The position numbers and the translations under genes were made by a program. This document shows, piece by piece, positions 1 to 9,048 of a stretch of DNA of 64,000 nucleotides (positions are counted from its first letter, which is position 1; each line of letters starts with the position of its first letter). Under the pieces are notes generated by a model. The model saw nothing but the letters and a program-made list of their open reading frames with translations, made no database searches and had not been told where the DNA came from. Location: assembly GCA_964550035.1 (NCBI GenBank), contig CAZJVU010000004.1:7820-71819 (forward strand), in the 5' to 3' direction. This stretch comes from an uncultured Candidatus Saccharibacteria bacterium (GTDB lineage: Bacteria; Patescibacteriota; Saccharimonadia; Saccharimonadales; EFPC-124).

Positions 1-1
1 C

Positions 2-1765
2 AACGACTGGCACACCACGCCAAAGGCTGGTCGCATTCAGGGCAGCAACCCGTGCTCTGAGTACATGCACCTCGACAACTCTGCCTGTAACCTCGCGAGC
101 ATCAACCTCCTGAAGTTCCTCAACGACGATTTCACCTACGACATCGAAGCGTTCAAGCACACTGTCGAAGTGATGTTCTTGGCACAAGAAATCCTGGTCG
201 GCTACAGCGAATACCCAACCGAGGCCATCGACAAAAACGCCAAGGCCTACCGCGAGCTCGGTATCGGCTACGCTAACCTCGGCGCGCTGCTGATGGCTCA
301 AGGCTTGCCATACGATAGCGACGAAGGCCGTGCCCAAGCCGCAGCTATCACCGCTTTGATGACTGGCTACAGCTACGCCACAAGCGCTAAAATCGCTAAG
401 CGTGTCGGCCCATTTGCCGGCTACAACAAGGACAAGGAAGGCATGAACCGTGTGCTTCGCAAGCACCGCGACGCCGTCCGCGACATCGACGCTAGCCTGG
501 TGAGCGAAGAACTCCTCAGCGCTGCTGCAAGCTCATGGGACGAAGCAGTCGAGCTGGGCGAGAAGTACGGTGTGCGTAACTCACAGGCAAGTCTGTTGGC
601 CCCAACCGGCACCATCGGCTTCATGATGGACTGCGACACAACTGGTATCGAGCCTGACTTTGCGCTTACCAAGTTCAAGACGCTCGTCGGTGGTGGTTCG
701 ATGATCATCGTCAACCAAACCATTCCTCGCGCGCTCAAGACACTGGGCTACAGCAAGTCTCAGACGGATGAGATCGTCAACTACATTCACGACAACTCGA
801 CCGTCGTTGGCGCGCCACACCTCAGGCCAGAACACCTCGATGTCTTTGCCTGCGCGGTCGGCGAGAACGCCATTCACTACCTTGGTCACGTCAAGATGAT
901 GGGCGCCGTGCAGCCATTCCTGAGCGGTGCTATCAGCAAGACCGTCAACATGCCAGAGGACGTTACCGTCGAAGATGTCGAGCAGCTCCACATGGATTCT
1001 TGGAAGCTTGGCCTCAAGGCCGTCGCCATCTACCGCGACAACTGTAAAGCATGGCAGCCACTCAGCGACAAGAAGAGCTCTGACAAGAAAGACGTTGCCG
1101 AAGCGCCAACCCAAGTTGTTGTGAAGGCCATGAAGCGCGAATTGCCTCGCACCCGCACCAGTCGTACGTTTGAGTTCCACATTGCGGACCTCAAGGGATT
1201 CGTGACGGTGGGGGAGTACGAAGACGGCACCCCTGGCGAACTTTTCGTCCGCGTGGCCAAGCAAGGTTCGACCCTGAGCGGCCTGATGGACAGTTTCGCT
1301 ATCAGCGTCAGTCACGGCCTACAATACGGCGTGCCACTGAAGAGCTACGTCAAGACGTTGAGTAACATGAGCTTTGCGCCATCGGGCCTGACCGACGACC
1401 CAGAGATTCGCACGGCCAGCAGCTTGATTGATTACATCTTTAAGCGACTCGCACGCGATTACTTGAGCTTCGACGATCGTCTTGAGCTTGGTCTCGCCAG
1501 CTTTGACGACCTCGAGGCCGAGACGCAGGCTAATCAACCAAGCCTTCTCGACCAGCCCACCGCTGAGCCTGCGGTCAAGGTAGAGCAAGAAGCCCCAAAA
1601 GCTGAAGCTAAACCCAAGGTTGTAGCTGCTCAGGCAAGCAAGCCAAAGACTTACGCTATTCGGGAGACCACGGCGCCAATGTGTCACGCTTGCGGCAACC
1701 AAACCCAGCGTGCCGGTAGCTGCTATGTCTGTAGCTCTTGTGGGGCTACGAGCGGTTGTAGCTAA
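2..1765 (+). CDS. nrdJ: Class II (adenosylcobalamin-dependent) ribonucleotide reductase, C-terminal part; 5' end lies outside the window
   Basis: Reading frame is open from the window edge. SNPCSEYMHLDNSACNLASINL active-site-like stretch. Cys-rich C-terminal ribbon CHACGN..CYVCSSCG. Confidence 0.8.
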   Translation, partial: NDWHTTPKAGRIQGSNPCSEYMHLDNSACNLASINLLKFLNDDFTYDIEAFKHTVEVMFLAQEILVGYSEYPTEAIDKNAKAYRELGIGYANLGALLMAQGLPYDSDEGRAQAAAITALMTGYSYATSAKIAKRVGPFAGYNKDKEGMNRVLRKHRDAVRDIDASLVSEELLSAAASSWDEAVELGEKYGVRNSQASLLAPTGTIGFMMDCDTTGIEPDFALTKFKTLVGGGSMIIVNQTIPRALKTLGYSKSQTDEIVNYIHDNSTVVGAPHLRPEHLDVFACAVGENAIHYLGHVKMMGAVQPFLSGAISKTVNMPEDVTVEDVEQLHMDSWKLGLKAVAIYRDNCKAWQPLSDKKSSDKKDVAEAPTQVVVKAMKRELPRTRTSRTFEFHIADLKGFVTVGEYEDGTPGELFVRVAKQGSTLSGLMDSFAISVSHGLQYGVPLKSYVKTLSNMSFAPSGLTDDPEIRTASSLIDYIFKRLARDYLSFDDRLELGLASFDDLEAETQANQPSLLDQPTAEPAVKVEQEAPKAEAKPKVVAAQASKPKTYAIRETTAPMCHACGNQTQRAGSCYVCSSCGATSGCS

Positions 1766-1788
1766 ACCTGAACGGCTTTGTTACGCCT

Positions 1789-1814
1789 AAAAACTCCCGT
1801 CCGCGGGAGTTTTT
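1789..1814 (+). terminator. Intrinsic terminator after nrdJ
   Basis: AAAAACTCCCG-tccg-CGGGAGTTTTT hairpin with flanking A and T tracts. A near twin lies at 59241-59268. Confidence 0.7.
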
Positions 1815-1819
1815 AGATG

Positions 1820-1917
1820 AAATGGGGTGGCGTCCGGCGGGGCGGCCCCACTTTTGCCCGCAGCTATAGCGAGGACAAAAGAAGGGGCGGACCGGACGAC
1901 AGGACCCCAGTCCTTCA
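1820..1917 (+). repeat. Copy A of a ~95-nt rod-like structured repeat (possible ncRNA)
   Basis: Shares AATGGGGTGGC...AGGGGCGG..GACAGGACCCC with copies at 23245 and 56718. Helices P1-P3 checked by hand: 1824-28/1904-08, 1831-37/1892-98, 1846-56/1876-87. Confidence 0.6.
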
Positions 1918-1920
1918 AAA

Positions 1921-1960
1921 GCAAAACGCCCTGCCGCACACTCGCGACAGGGCGTTTTGC
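1921..1960 (-). terminator. GC hairpin downstream of the 1994..2248 gene
   Basis: GCAAAACGCCCTG/CAGGGCGTTTTGC 13-bp stem, 33 nt after the minus-strand stop. Confidence 0.5.
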
Positions 1961-1993
1961 CTTATTCAGCGAGGGCAGCAGGGTGGGTGAAGG

Positions 1994-2248
1994 TCAGACC
2001 GTCGCGGTCATCGCCGGCGCGGAGCCGACGAGCACGATGATTTCCCCTTCGCCGTCCGGGGGGATGACGTACGCCGAGGCGATGCTGGCGGCGCGCTTCC
2101 CCAGCTCACTCACGTGTCGCTGGAAGGCGCCGCGGGCCTCGTCTTCGGTGTCGTACGGGTCGGCGTGATTGTCCTGGAACGCCGAGCAGACGAGTGTCCA
2201 CTTCTCCGGATATGGATTGGCGTTCCTCTGGCTCCGGCTCACGGTCAT
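1994..2248 (-). CDS. Hypothetical small protein (84 aa), GC-rich island
   Basis: ORF with GGAAGGAG SD. Paralogous to 2358..2624 (EKWTLV..F..DP..EDEAR vs DKWVVV..F..DP..NEKAAR). Confidence 0.6.
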   Translation of the reverse strand: MTVSRSQRNANPYPEKWTLVCSAFQDNHADPYDTEDEARGAFQRHVSELGKRAASIASAYVIPPDGEGEIIVLVGSAPAMTATV

Positions 2249-2296
2249 GGCGGTGTTCTCCTTCCGGAAGGATGGTGAATCTATATAATACCATAA

Positions 2297-2338
2297 AAGC
2301 GATATGCCTGCCCACAGCCGCGGGCAGGCATATCGCTT
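2297..2338 (-). terminator. GC hairpin downstream of the 2358..2624 gene
   Basis: AAGCGATATGCCTGCCC/GGGCAGGCATATCGCTT 17-bp perfect stem. Confidence 0.5.
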
Positions 2339-2357
2339 GCGGGAGCGGTGGGGCAGG

Positions 2358-2624
2358 CTACCGGAATGTGACCACGTGCGGCTCTTTTTTCAGCGTGGTT
2401 ATCGGCGGGTAGGCGATGGCGTAGATGATCTTGAGCGTGCCCCGCTGCAGCCGCGACCGGGCGGTGTTGGCCGCATCCCTGGCTGCTTTTTCGTTGTCGT
2501 GCGGCTCGGGATCGCTCAGCGCGTAGCGGTCGCTGCGCGGACGGCCGGAATCGAAGGTGTTGTACACCACCACCCATTTGTCGAGGTAGGAGAGCGGACG
2601 GTCCGGCGGAATGAACTTCGCCAT
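2358..2624 (-). CDS. Hypothetical small protein (88 aa), paralog of 1994..2248
   Basis: ORF with AATGAGGAG SD and an upstream TTGACT-N16-TATTAT promoter. Confidence 0.6.
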   Translation of the reverse strand: MAKFIPPDRPLSYLDKWVVVYNTFDSGRPRSDRYALSDPEPHDNEKAARDAANTARSRLQRGTLKIIYAIAYPPITTLKKEPHVVTFR

Positions 2625-2708
2625 AGCTCCTCATTTCTGAGTCAGCAGTTCCAGTAGAGATATAATATCATTAATTGGTTATAAGTCAAACTACGAGTAG
2701 AGTAGAAG

Positions 2709-2975
2709 GTGATGAAAGCGATGTTATTTTACCGACCAAACTCCGAGCACGAACGCATGGTAGAAGAATACGTGCGCGATTTTGCACGCCACACCGGCAA
2801 AGAGTTGCCACTTGTGAACATGAACACCCCCGACGGCACCGACAAAGCGCAGCTGTATGGCATCATGAAGTTCCCGAGCATCGTGGCCGTCGACGACACC
2901 GGTCAAATGCTCCAGACTTGGGATGATGAACTCTTGCCGCGATTTGACGAAGTAAGTTTTTACGTCCAAGACTAA
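2709..2975 (+). CDS. Hypothetical small protein (about 85 aa); start ambiguous (GTG 2709, ATG 2712 or ATG 2721)
   Basis: ORF with backbone-like composition. No recognisable catalytic motif (no CxxC). Confidence 0.55.
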   Translation: MMKAMLFYRPNSEHERMVEEYVRDFARHTGKELPLVNMNTPDGTDKAQLYGIMKFPSIVAVDDTGQMLQTWDDELLPRFDEVSFYVQD

Positions 2976-2996
2976 ACAGGAACAGGATACATCCAT

Positions 2997-3527
2997 ATGA
3001 TAGAGACCGAACTAGAATTAACGTATTTGGCGCGCGAAATCCCCGAAGGGCTCGCTGACTGCCCGTCGAAACTTATTGTCGACGTATACTATCCAGCCGA
3101 GCGTGACCATGCCGTGCTGCGTATCCGCCAGCGTGGTGACCATTACGAGATCACCAAGAAGCTGATGGCGGACGGCAACGACTCGTCGCACCAGCTCGAA
3201 CACACCATCGAGCTCGACGAGGCCGAGTACAAAGGCCTCACGCAAAACCCCGGCAAACGTGTGGCCAAGCGTCGGTACTTATATAACTACCAAGGGCGAA
3301 CAGCCGAGGTTGATGTCTTCGAAGGCGATCTCGCCGGCCTTGTGGAAGTCGACTTTGAGTTCGATGACCGCGACGACCAGCTCGCGTTCCAGATGCCTGA
3401 TTTCTGCCTGGCCGAAGTCACCCAAGAAGCCTTCGCCGCGGGCGGCAAGCTGGCCGGTAAGACCTATGCCGATATCCAGCCATACCTCGAGAATTATGGT
3501 TACAAACCGCTGAAGATGGAGGGGTAA
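2997..3527 (+). CDS. CYTH-domain protein (triphosphate tunnel metalloenzyme, CyaB/ThTPase-like)
   Basis: N-terminal ExExE-type acidic beta-strand motif MIETELELTY. Size and charged-strand pattern are typical of CYTH. Confidence 0.6.
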   Translation: MIETELELTYLAREIPEGLADCPSKLIVDVYYPAERDHAVLRIRQRGDHYEITKKLMADGNDSSHQLEHTIELDEAEYKGLTQNPGKRVAKRRYLYNYQGRTAEVDVFEGDLAGLVEVDFEFDDRDDQLAFQMPDFCLAEVTQEAFAAGGKLAGKTYADIQPYLENYGYKPLKMEG

Positions 3528-4136
3528 GTGGGGTTATTTGATCGCGACAAAATCCGCAAAGAGCACTGGATTTTCGGTGTCGTCGCAGTCTTTGCGACCG
3601 TCGGGCTCATCTGCTCGCTGATACTCTCCATCGAGAAACTCCAGCTTGCCGCCAACCCTCACCAGGCGCTGCCGTGCACACTCAACGCCTTCCTCAACTG
3701 CGCTACCGTTATGAACACGCCCGAATCGTCACTGCTCGGCTTTCCGAACTCGTTCATCGGCATGATGGCCTATTCGGTCCTGCTGACCGTGGCGATTGCG
3801 TATCTGTTCGGCGCCAAATTGCCGAAGAATTTCATGATGCTCGCCCAGCTCGGCGTAACAATCGAGATCATCTTCGCGTACTTCCTATTCTTCGACAGCG
3901 TGTTCGTCATCCAAGTGCTGTGTCCGTTCTGCCTGGCAGTGACATTCAGTAGCACAATGATCTTCGCCGCCATCACGCGGTATAACATCCTCCAGAAGAA
4001 TCTGTACTTTTCGGGCAAAACCCAGAGCCTGCTGGAGAAGTGGGTGAGTAAGGACTATGACAAAGTGTTTGTTGCCGGGTGGGTTGTGCTGATGGTCGCT
4101 TTGGTTCTGGTGAGATTCCCGGGGATATTTAGCTGA
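3528..4136 (+). CDS. Vitamin K epoxide reductase (VKOR) family membrane protein
   Basis: Polytopic protein with a loop Cys pair (LPCTLNAFLNC) and a CPFC redox motif inside a TM helix. Confidence 0.7.
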   Translation: MGLFDRDKIRKEHWIFGVVAVFATVGLICSLILSIEKLQLAANPHQALPCTLNAFLNCATVMNTPESSLLGFPNSFIGMMAYSVLLTVAIAYLFGAKLPKNFMMLAQLGVTIEIIFAYFLFFDSVFVIQVLCPFCLAVTFSSTMIFAAITRYNILQKNLYFSGKTQSLLEKWVSKDYDKVFVAGWVVLMVALVLVRFPGIFS

Positions 4137-4155
4137 GTATTATGTCAAGTATAAG

Positions 4156-4629
4156 ATGCGGGCAATTAACCCAGACGTGCCGCGAGATATCTATCATTTG
4201 GCGCAAGGGTTTTACCTCGCAGGTAACCGCGCGGCACTTGATATTGAAGTTGGACCTAATTTAACGCAGTCACTTTTATCGCCCTCGGTAGTTAACTTTT
4301 GTTTCTCTATTGAACTCTTTTTTAAAGCATTGATTCAGAAGGACGGCACTAAGCCACTACGTAGCCATTTGTTACAAGAACTTTTTGAGAAACTCGACCA
4401 GCCTACTCGAGCAGAAATTAAGAAATCATTCGAGAATATCGTTCCGCATCCGGCCTTTGAGGAATTTCTTAAACAAATTAACGATTATTTTCAAAAAGTA
4501 AGGTATGAATATGACTACCCAGTAGAGATCTTTTACGAAGGACCGATCGCACAGTTTGCGCGAGTGGTCTATCTGCATTGTTCTAAAATTTTTAAGGAAG
4601 ATAGCCAAGCCCCTCCGGCTACTCTTTAA
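4156..4629 (+). CDS. Hypothetical protein (157 aa), AT-rich islet; possibly a HEPN-like helical fold
   Basis: ORF of visibly low GC. Helical repeats (FSIELFFKALI...H.LQELFEKL). No confident motif. Confidence 0.45.
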   Translation: MRAINPDVPRDIYHLAQGFYLAGNRAALDIEVGPNLTQSLLSPSVVNFCFSIELFFKALIQKDGTKPLRSHLLQELFEKLDQPTRAEIKKSFENIVPHPAFEEFLKQINDYFQKVRYEYDYPVEIFYEGPIAQFARVVYLHCSKIFKEDSQAPPATL

Positions 4630-4725
4630 TATGTTCGGTTTGCAAAACCGACCCAATTGCTGTTAAGCTCCCTCAGATCCAGCTAGCGGCCATCCAGGCC
4701 CTAGCGCGATTGAGAGGACAAACAG

Positions 4726-5082
4726 ATGTCCTTCAAGGATGTCTTGGCCTGGCTGTTCGCCAGAAAGACCAAGTCGGGGAGTCGGTATCTGTATGGACCG
4801 GATCAGGAGCGACTGCGCAAGCGGCTGGAAGGCCGGTGGAGCAGCAAGTACCACGAGGAGGATGGGAAGATCCATCTCCTCATCGATCCGGACGGCAACC
4901 CCACGAAGACCTACCCGCACGTTCACGTCATCCACGACGAGCGGGCGAACCAGGTGCACTTCGTCGCGTCAACCGGCGAGAGGAGGCGTGTCTACAGTAG
5001 CACGCTCTCCGGAGACGTGAGCGGAAACGAGGTGAACGCCGAGATCGACAAGGCGCTCGCTGAGCTCCGACGACACCTGTGA
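4726..5082 (+). CDS. Hypothetical protein (118 aa), GC-rich island
   Basis: GAGAGGA SD 6 nt upstream. Followed directly by a 17-bp hairpin. Confidence 0.55.
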   Translation: MSFKDVLAWLFARKTKSGSRYLYGPDQERLRKRLEGRWSSKYHEEDGKIHLLIDPDGNPTKTYPHVHVIHDERANQVHFVASTGERRRVYSSTLSGDVSGNEVNAEIDKALAELRRHL

Positions 5083-5084
5083 TC

Positions 5085-5129
5085 GAATGGGCCGCCGCCA
5101 ATATGTTGGCGGTTGGCGGCGGCCCATTC
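5085..5129 (+). terminator. Long GC hairpin after 4726..5082
   Basis: GAATGGGCCGCCGCCAA/TTGGCGGCGGCCCATTC 17-bp perfect stem. No U tract. Confidence 0.6.
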
Positions 5130-5176
5130 GTGGATACTTGTGGTGGGTCGCAGGGTGATTCATAATTGAACGCAGC

Positions 5177-5506
5177 ATGATCAAATACTATCGAGGCCAT
5201 ATAAAGAAACACGCCGAGTTCTGGACAAGCTTTAGGGATTTGCCGCCCGCAAAGCATTTTGATTCTTTTGTGAGTTTTTTCAAAGAAGTAGCTCACGATG
5301 TCAATAAGGGTAAATTAACTCTTCGGGATGCCGGCTATGCATTGAAGCCGGCATTTTACGATGATGAAATATACGCTCCGCGCGAACCAGAGCTAACATT
5401 TGCACAGGACGCAGTCGAAGACTTAATAGTTGTTGCAGAAACTGATCAAAAACAGGCAGAGCGGCTCTGGGTACTTATAGTTGAAACCATGGAGCCCTAT
5501 CTGTAG
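5177..5506 (+). CDS. Hypothetical protein (109 aa)
   Basis: AT-rich ORF with no recognised motif. Confidence 0.45.
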   Translation: MIKYYRGHIKKHAEFWTSFRDLPPAKHFDSFVSFFKEVAHDVNKGKLTLRDAGYALKPAFYDDEIYAPREPELTFAQDAVEDLIVVAETDQKQAERLWVLIVETMEPYL

Positions 5507-5510
5507 ACCT

Positions 5511-5539
5511 CTTGCAAATTAACAGAGATAACGCTACTA
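5511..5539 (+). promoter_or_regulatory. Candidate sigma70-type promoter of the ileS leader
   Basis: TTGCAA-N17-TACTAT. Confidence 0.45.
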
Positions 5540-5545
5540 TTTAAA

Positions 5546-5765
5546 TAGTAAATGCATCTTGCGTAAGACAAGTAAGTGGCCATCACCCACGAAGCAGCGG
5601 GAAGAAATCGTAACAGAGAGTAGAACCCGACGACCTCGAGCTCGTGAGACTCGACAACAAAGCGCAAATTCGAGTCACCTCAATTTGAAGCTGGATGGTA
5701 CCGCCCGAATATGTGCCGTCCGAACGCCTTTTATACTCCCGTAGTATAGAAGGCGCTCGGACATC
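5546..5765 (+). promoter_or_regulatory. T-box leader upstream of ileS
   Basis: TGGATGGTACCGCC (5692-5705) matches the T-box core ..GGUGGUACCGCG.., including UGGU for the tRNA NCCA end. AGAGAGTAG Stem-I-like box at 5615-5623. 20-position helix at 5718-5762. The specifier codon was not resolved. Confidence 0.6.
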
Positions 5766-5827
5766 ACTCGGGTTCCAGTATCAGGCAGAGGTGACTTTTA
5801 TTATGTAACGAACCCGAAGGAGACGCT

Positions 5828-8689
5828 ATGAGTCAAACGCCACCAGCAAAATCAACACTTGCCACTTGGGAAGAAGAACTTATCGAGATCTGGGCCAAGG
5901 AGAAGACATTCGAGAAGAGCGTGGAAGGCCGCAAGGGCAGCCCGCTGTTTAGCTTTTACGATGGTCCTCCGTTTGCCAATGGTCTGCCACATTGGGGTCA
6001 TGCCCTCACGAGCGTGCTGAAGGATGCCGAGGCTCGCTATAAAACGATGCGCGGGTACTATGTGCCACGTCGTTTTGGCTGGGACTGTCATGGTCTGCCT
6101 CCAGAGCTGTTGGCCGAGAAGGAGCTGGGTGTCTCTGGCAAGAAAGCTATCCAGGAATATGGTGTGGCTAAGTTCAATAATTATTGCCGTCAGTCCGTCC
6201 TGCGTTTCACTGACGAATGGCGTAAGTTTGTACCGCGTATCGGTCGCTGGGTGGACTTCGACGACGAATACCGCACCATGGACACCACCTATACCGAGAG
6301 CGTGATGTGGGCGTTCAAGGAACTCTACAAGAAAGGTCTTGTCTACGAAGGGGAGCGTGTGGTTCCATACAGCTACGGCGCCCAGACTGCGCTGAGTAAT
6401 TCCGAGACGCGCCTCGACGATAGCTATCGCGACCGCGAAGATATCACAGCGACCATAAAGGTCAATCTCCCAGATGGTCGTAAGATGTTGGCCTGGACGA
6501 CCACACCATGGACGCTGCCGGCGAACTTGCTCCTCGCAGTTGGCAGCAAGATCGATTACGTACAGGTCGATAACGATGGCGAGCAGCTGATCCTTGCCGA
6601 AGCCGCACTCGAGCGCTACCCAGAGCTCGACGACGCCGATGTCGTGGCCCGCATGAAGGGTCATGAGCTGGTGGGATACACCTACGAGCCGCTGTTTGAC
6701 TACTTCCAGGATACCCCTGGCGCATTCCGTGTGGTTGCAGCTGACTTTGTAGACACCGAAGAAGGCGTGGGCATCGTGCACATTGCCCCCGGCCACGGTG
6801 AAGACGACTACTGGCTCGGCAAGCGCGAGCAAGTGCCGATCATCAGCCCAGTCGACGACGAAGGCCGTTTTACCAGCCAGGTCAGTGACTATGCTGGTCG
6901 CTTAGTCTTCGACGCCAACAACGAGATCGTTGCCGACCTCGAGAAACATCACAAGCTGTTCAAATCAGCACTGTACATGCACAAGTACCCACACTGTTGG
7001 CGCACGGACGTGCCGATCATCTACCGTGCCATGAGCGCGTGGTTTGTTGATGTACCAAAGATCAAAAAGCGTCTGCTCGAAACCAACCAAGAGATCAACT
7101 GGATCCCAGGTAACGTGAAGGACGGCGCGTTCGGCAAGTGGCTCGAGAACGCCCGCGAATGGAACGTCAGCCGCAAGCGCTACTGGGGTGCACCCATCCC
7201 GGTCTGGAAGACTGAAGATGGGGAAGTGATCGTCGTGGGCAGCATCAAAGAGTTGAAGGACATGGCTGTCGACCCTGCCAAGGTTGGCGATGACTTACAC
7301 CGTCCGTTCATCGACGATGTCGTGCTCAAGACCAAAGACGGCCGCCTGGCACACCGTGTCGACGACGTCTTCGATTGCTGGTTCGAGAGCGGTTCGATGC
7401 CATTCGCACAGATGCACTATCCGTTCGAGAACAAAAAGCTCTTCGAAGAAGGCTTCCCGGCAGACTTCATCACCGAATACATCGGCCAGACCCGCGGTTG
7501 GTTCTACTTGCTGCATGTGCTGAGTGTTGCACTGTTCGATAAGCCGGCGTTTAAGAACAACGTTGCGCACGGCATCATCCTCGGCACCGACGGCCGCAAG
7601 ATGAGTAAGCGCCTCAACAACTACCCAAGCCTCGATGAAGTCTTCAACAGTGTCGGTGCTGATTCAGTACGGTTCTATCTGCTTAGCAGCGCACTGTTTA
7701 GCGGCGAAACTGCTGCATTTGACACCAAGGCGCTCATCGAAAATCAGCGCAATGTCATCCAGCGGCTCAATAATGTCCGTAGCTTCTTCAAAATGTACGC
7801 CGATGTCGATGGTTGGAAGCCAGGCAAAGAGCTCGTCGAGCCAACCAGCAAGAATGTCCTCGACAAGTGGATGCTCTCGCGCCTCAATGAAACAATCCGA
7901 ATCGTCACAACCGAAGCCGACGCCTATCGCACGCCGCGTATGACCCGCGAGCTTGCACAGCTGATCGACGACACGAGCAACTGGTTCGTCCGTCGCTCTC
8001 GCCGTCGTTTCTGGAAGAGTGAGGATGATGGCGACAAGCAGGCCGCGTACGCAACCTTGCATTACGTACTGGTCCGCACTGCGCAGCTGCTTGCTCCATG
8101 GACGCCATTCATCGCTGACCACTTGTGGCGCGATCTGACAAAGGACATGGACGTGTCGAAGTCCGTTCACCTCAGTGACTGGCCAGAGGCGGGTAAGGTG
8201 AGCCGCAAAGCGGTCAACGACATGGCGGCGGTCCGCGAGGTCATTACTGTGGGCCTTGCTCAACGCGCTGAGGCCAAAGTAAAGGTTCGTCAGCCGCTTT
8301 CCAGCGTAACTGTAGGTGACGACGTGCCAACTATCTACACCGATATCATCGCCGAAGAGCTCAACGTCAAGACGGTGAAGTTTAGCGGCAAGAGTGTAAA
8401 GCTGAACAGCAAAATCACACGAGACCTCAAGCTTGAAGGCTTGATGCGCGATGTTGTCCGCCATGTACAGAACGCCCGTAAGAATGCTGGCTTGCAGGTC
8501 GATGACCGTATCAAGCTCGGCCTCAAGACCGAGTCAAAGGACCTCAACGACGCTATCAAGGCTCACCGTGAGACGCTGATGAATGAGACGCTTGCCATCG
8601 AACTGATTGACGACGCTGGGTTTGCGCACGTCGATGATGTAAAGGTTGAGGGCCAGTCTCTCGTCGTATCGCTCGAACGAGCAAAATAG
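5828..8689 (+). CDS. ileS: Isoleucyl-tRNA synthetase
   Basis: 953 aa. HIGH-type motif (PHWGHAL), KMSKR, full-length class Ia architecture, GAAGGAG SD. Confidence 0.95.
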   Translation: MSQTPPAKSTLATWEEELIEIWAKEKTFEKSVEGRKGSPLFSFYDGPPFANGLPHWGHALTSVLKDAEARYKTMRGYYVPRRFGWDCHGLPPELLAEKELGVSGKKAIQEYGVAKFNNYCRQSVLRFTDEWRKFVPRIGRWVDFDDEYRTMDTTYTESVMWAFKELYKKGLVYEGERVVPYSYGAQTALSNSETRLDDSYRDREDITATIKVNLPDGRKMLAWTTTPWTLPANLLLAVGSKIDYVQVDNDGEQLILAEAALERYPELDDADVVARMKGHELVGYTYEPLFDYFQDTPGAFRVVAADFVDTEEGVGIVHIAPGHGEDDYWLGKREQVPIISPVDDEGRFTSQVSDYAGRLVFDANNEIVADLEKHHKLFKSALYMHKYPHCWRTDVPIIYRAMSAWFVDVPKIKKRLLETNQEINWIPGNVKDGAFGKWLENAREWNVSRKRYWGAPIPVWKTEDGEVIVVGSIKELKDMAVDPAKVGDDLHRPFIDDVVLKTKDGRLAHRVDDVFDCWFESGSMPFAQMHYPFENKKLFEEGFPADFITEYIGQTRGWFYLLHVLSVALFDKPAFKNNVAHGIILGTDGRKMSKRLNNYPSLDEVFNSVGADSVRFYLLSSALFSGETAAFDTKALIENQRNVIQRLNNVRSFFKMYADVDGWKPGKELVEPTSKNVLDKWMLSRLNETIRIVTTEADAYRTPRMTRELAQLIDDTSNWFVRRSRRRFWKSEDDGDKQAAYATLHYVLVRTAQLLAPWTPFIADHLWRDLTKDMDVSKSVHLSDWPEAGKVSRKAVNDMAAVREVITVGLAQRAEAKVKVRQPLSSVTVGDDVPTIYTDIIAEELNVKTVKFSGKSVKLNSKITRDLKLEGLMRDVVRHVQNARKNAGLQVDDRIKLGLKTESKDLNDAIKAHRETLMNETLAIELIDDAGFAHVDDVKVEGQSLVVSLERAK

Positions 8690-8706
8690 TTCAGAAATAA
8701 AAAACT

Positions 8707-8754
8707 GCGTGTCTGGTGCGCCGCTCCCGGGGAGGGAGGGCGCACCAGACACGC
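8707..8754 (-). terminator. Hairpin between ileS and the 8757..9002 gene
   Basis: GCGTGTCTGGTGCGCC/GGCGCACCAGACACGC 16-bp stem. A T tract follows on the minus strand (AGTTTTTTATTT). Confidence 0.7.
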
Positions 8755-8756
8755 GT

Positions 8757-9002
8757 TCAGCTGAAGATGCCGGGGAAGATGGCGTACACCATCCCCGCCA
8801 GGCTACCAAGCCCGAGCACCCACCCGAGGAAGGTGAGGAGTTCGCGGGCTTCGCTCTTCCCGTTGGCACGCAACTTGTGCTCGATCACCAGCAGGATGAT
8901 GCCGAAGACCATGAGGCCGAGCGAGCCGAAGAACACCACCGTCGGGGACAGGTTCTCCAACATGCCGGGCTTGTCGGCGGTCGCCAAGACCAAGTTGGTC
9001 AT
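8757..9002 (-). CDS. Small 2-TM membrane protein (81 aa), GC-rich island
   Basis: AGAGAGGA SD. Paralog of 9049..9291 (MTNLVLATADKPGML vs MTTLLLADDKSGLL). Ends in FPGIFS. Confidence 0.65.
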   Translation of the reverse strand: MTNLVLATADKPGMLENLSPTVVFFGSLGLMVFGIILLVIEHKLRANGKSEARELLTFLGWVLGLGSLAGMVYAIFPGIFS

Positions 9003-9048
9003 GGGTGGATCCTCTCTGTGTGTGAAGTGGGCAGGCTGTGGAGGGGCC

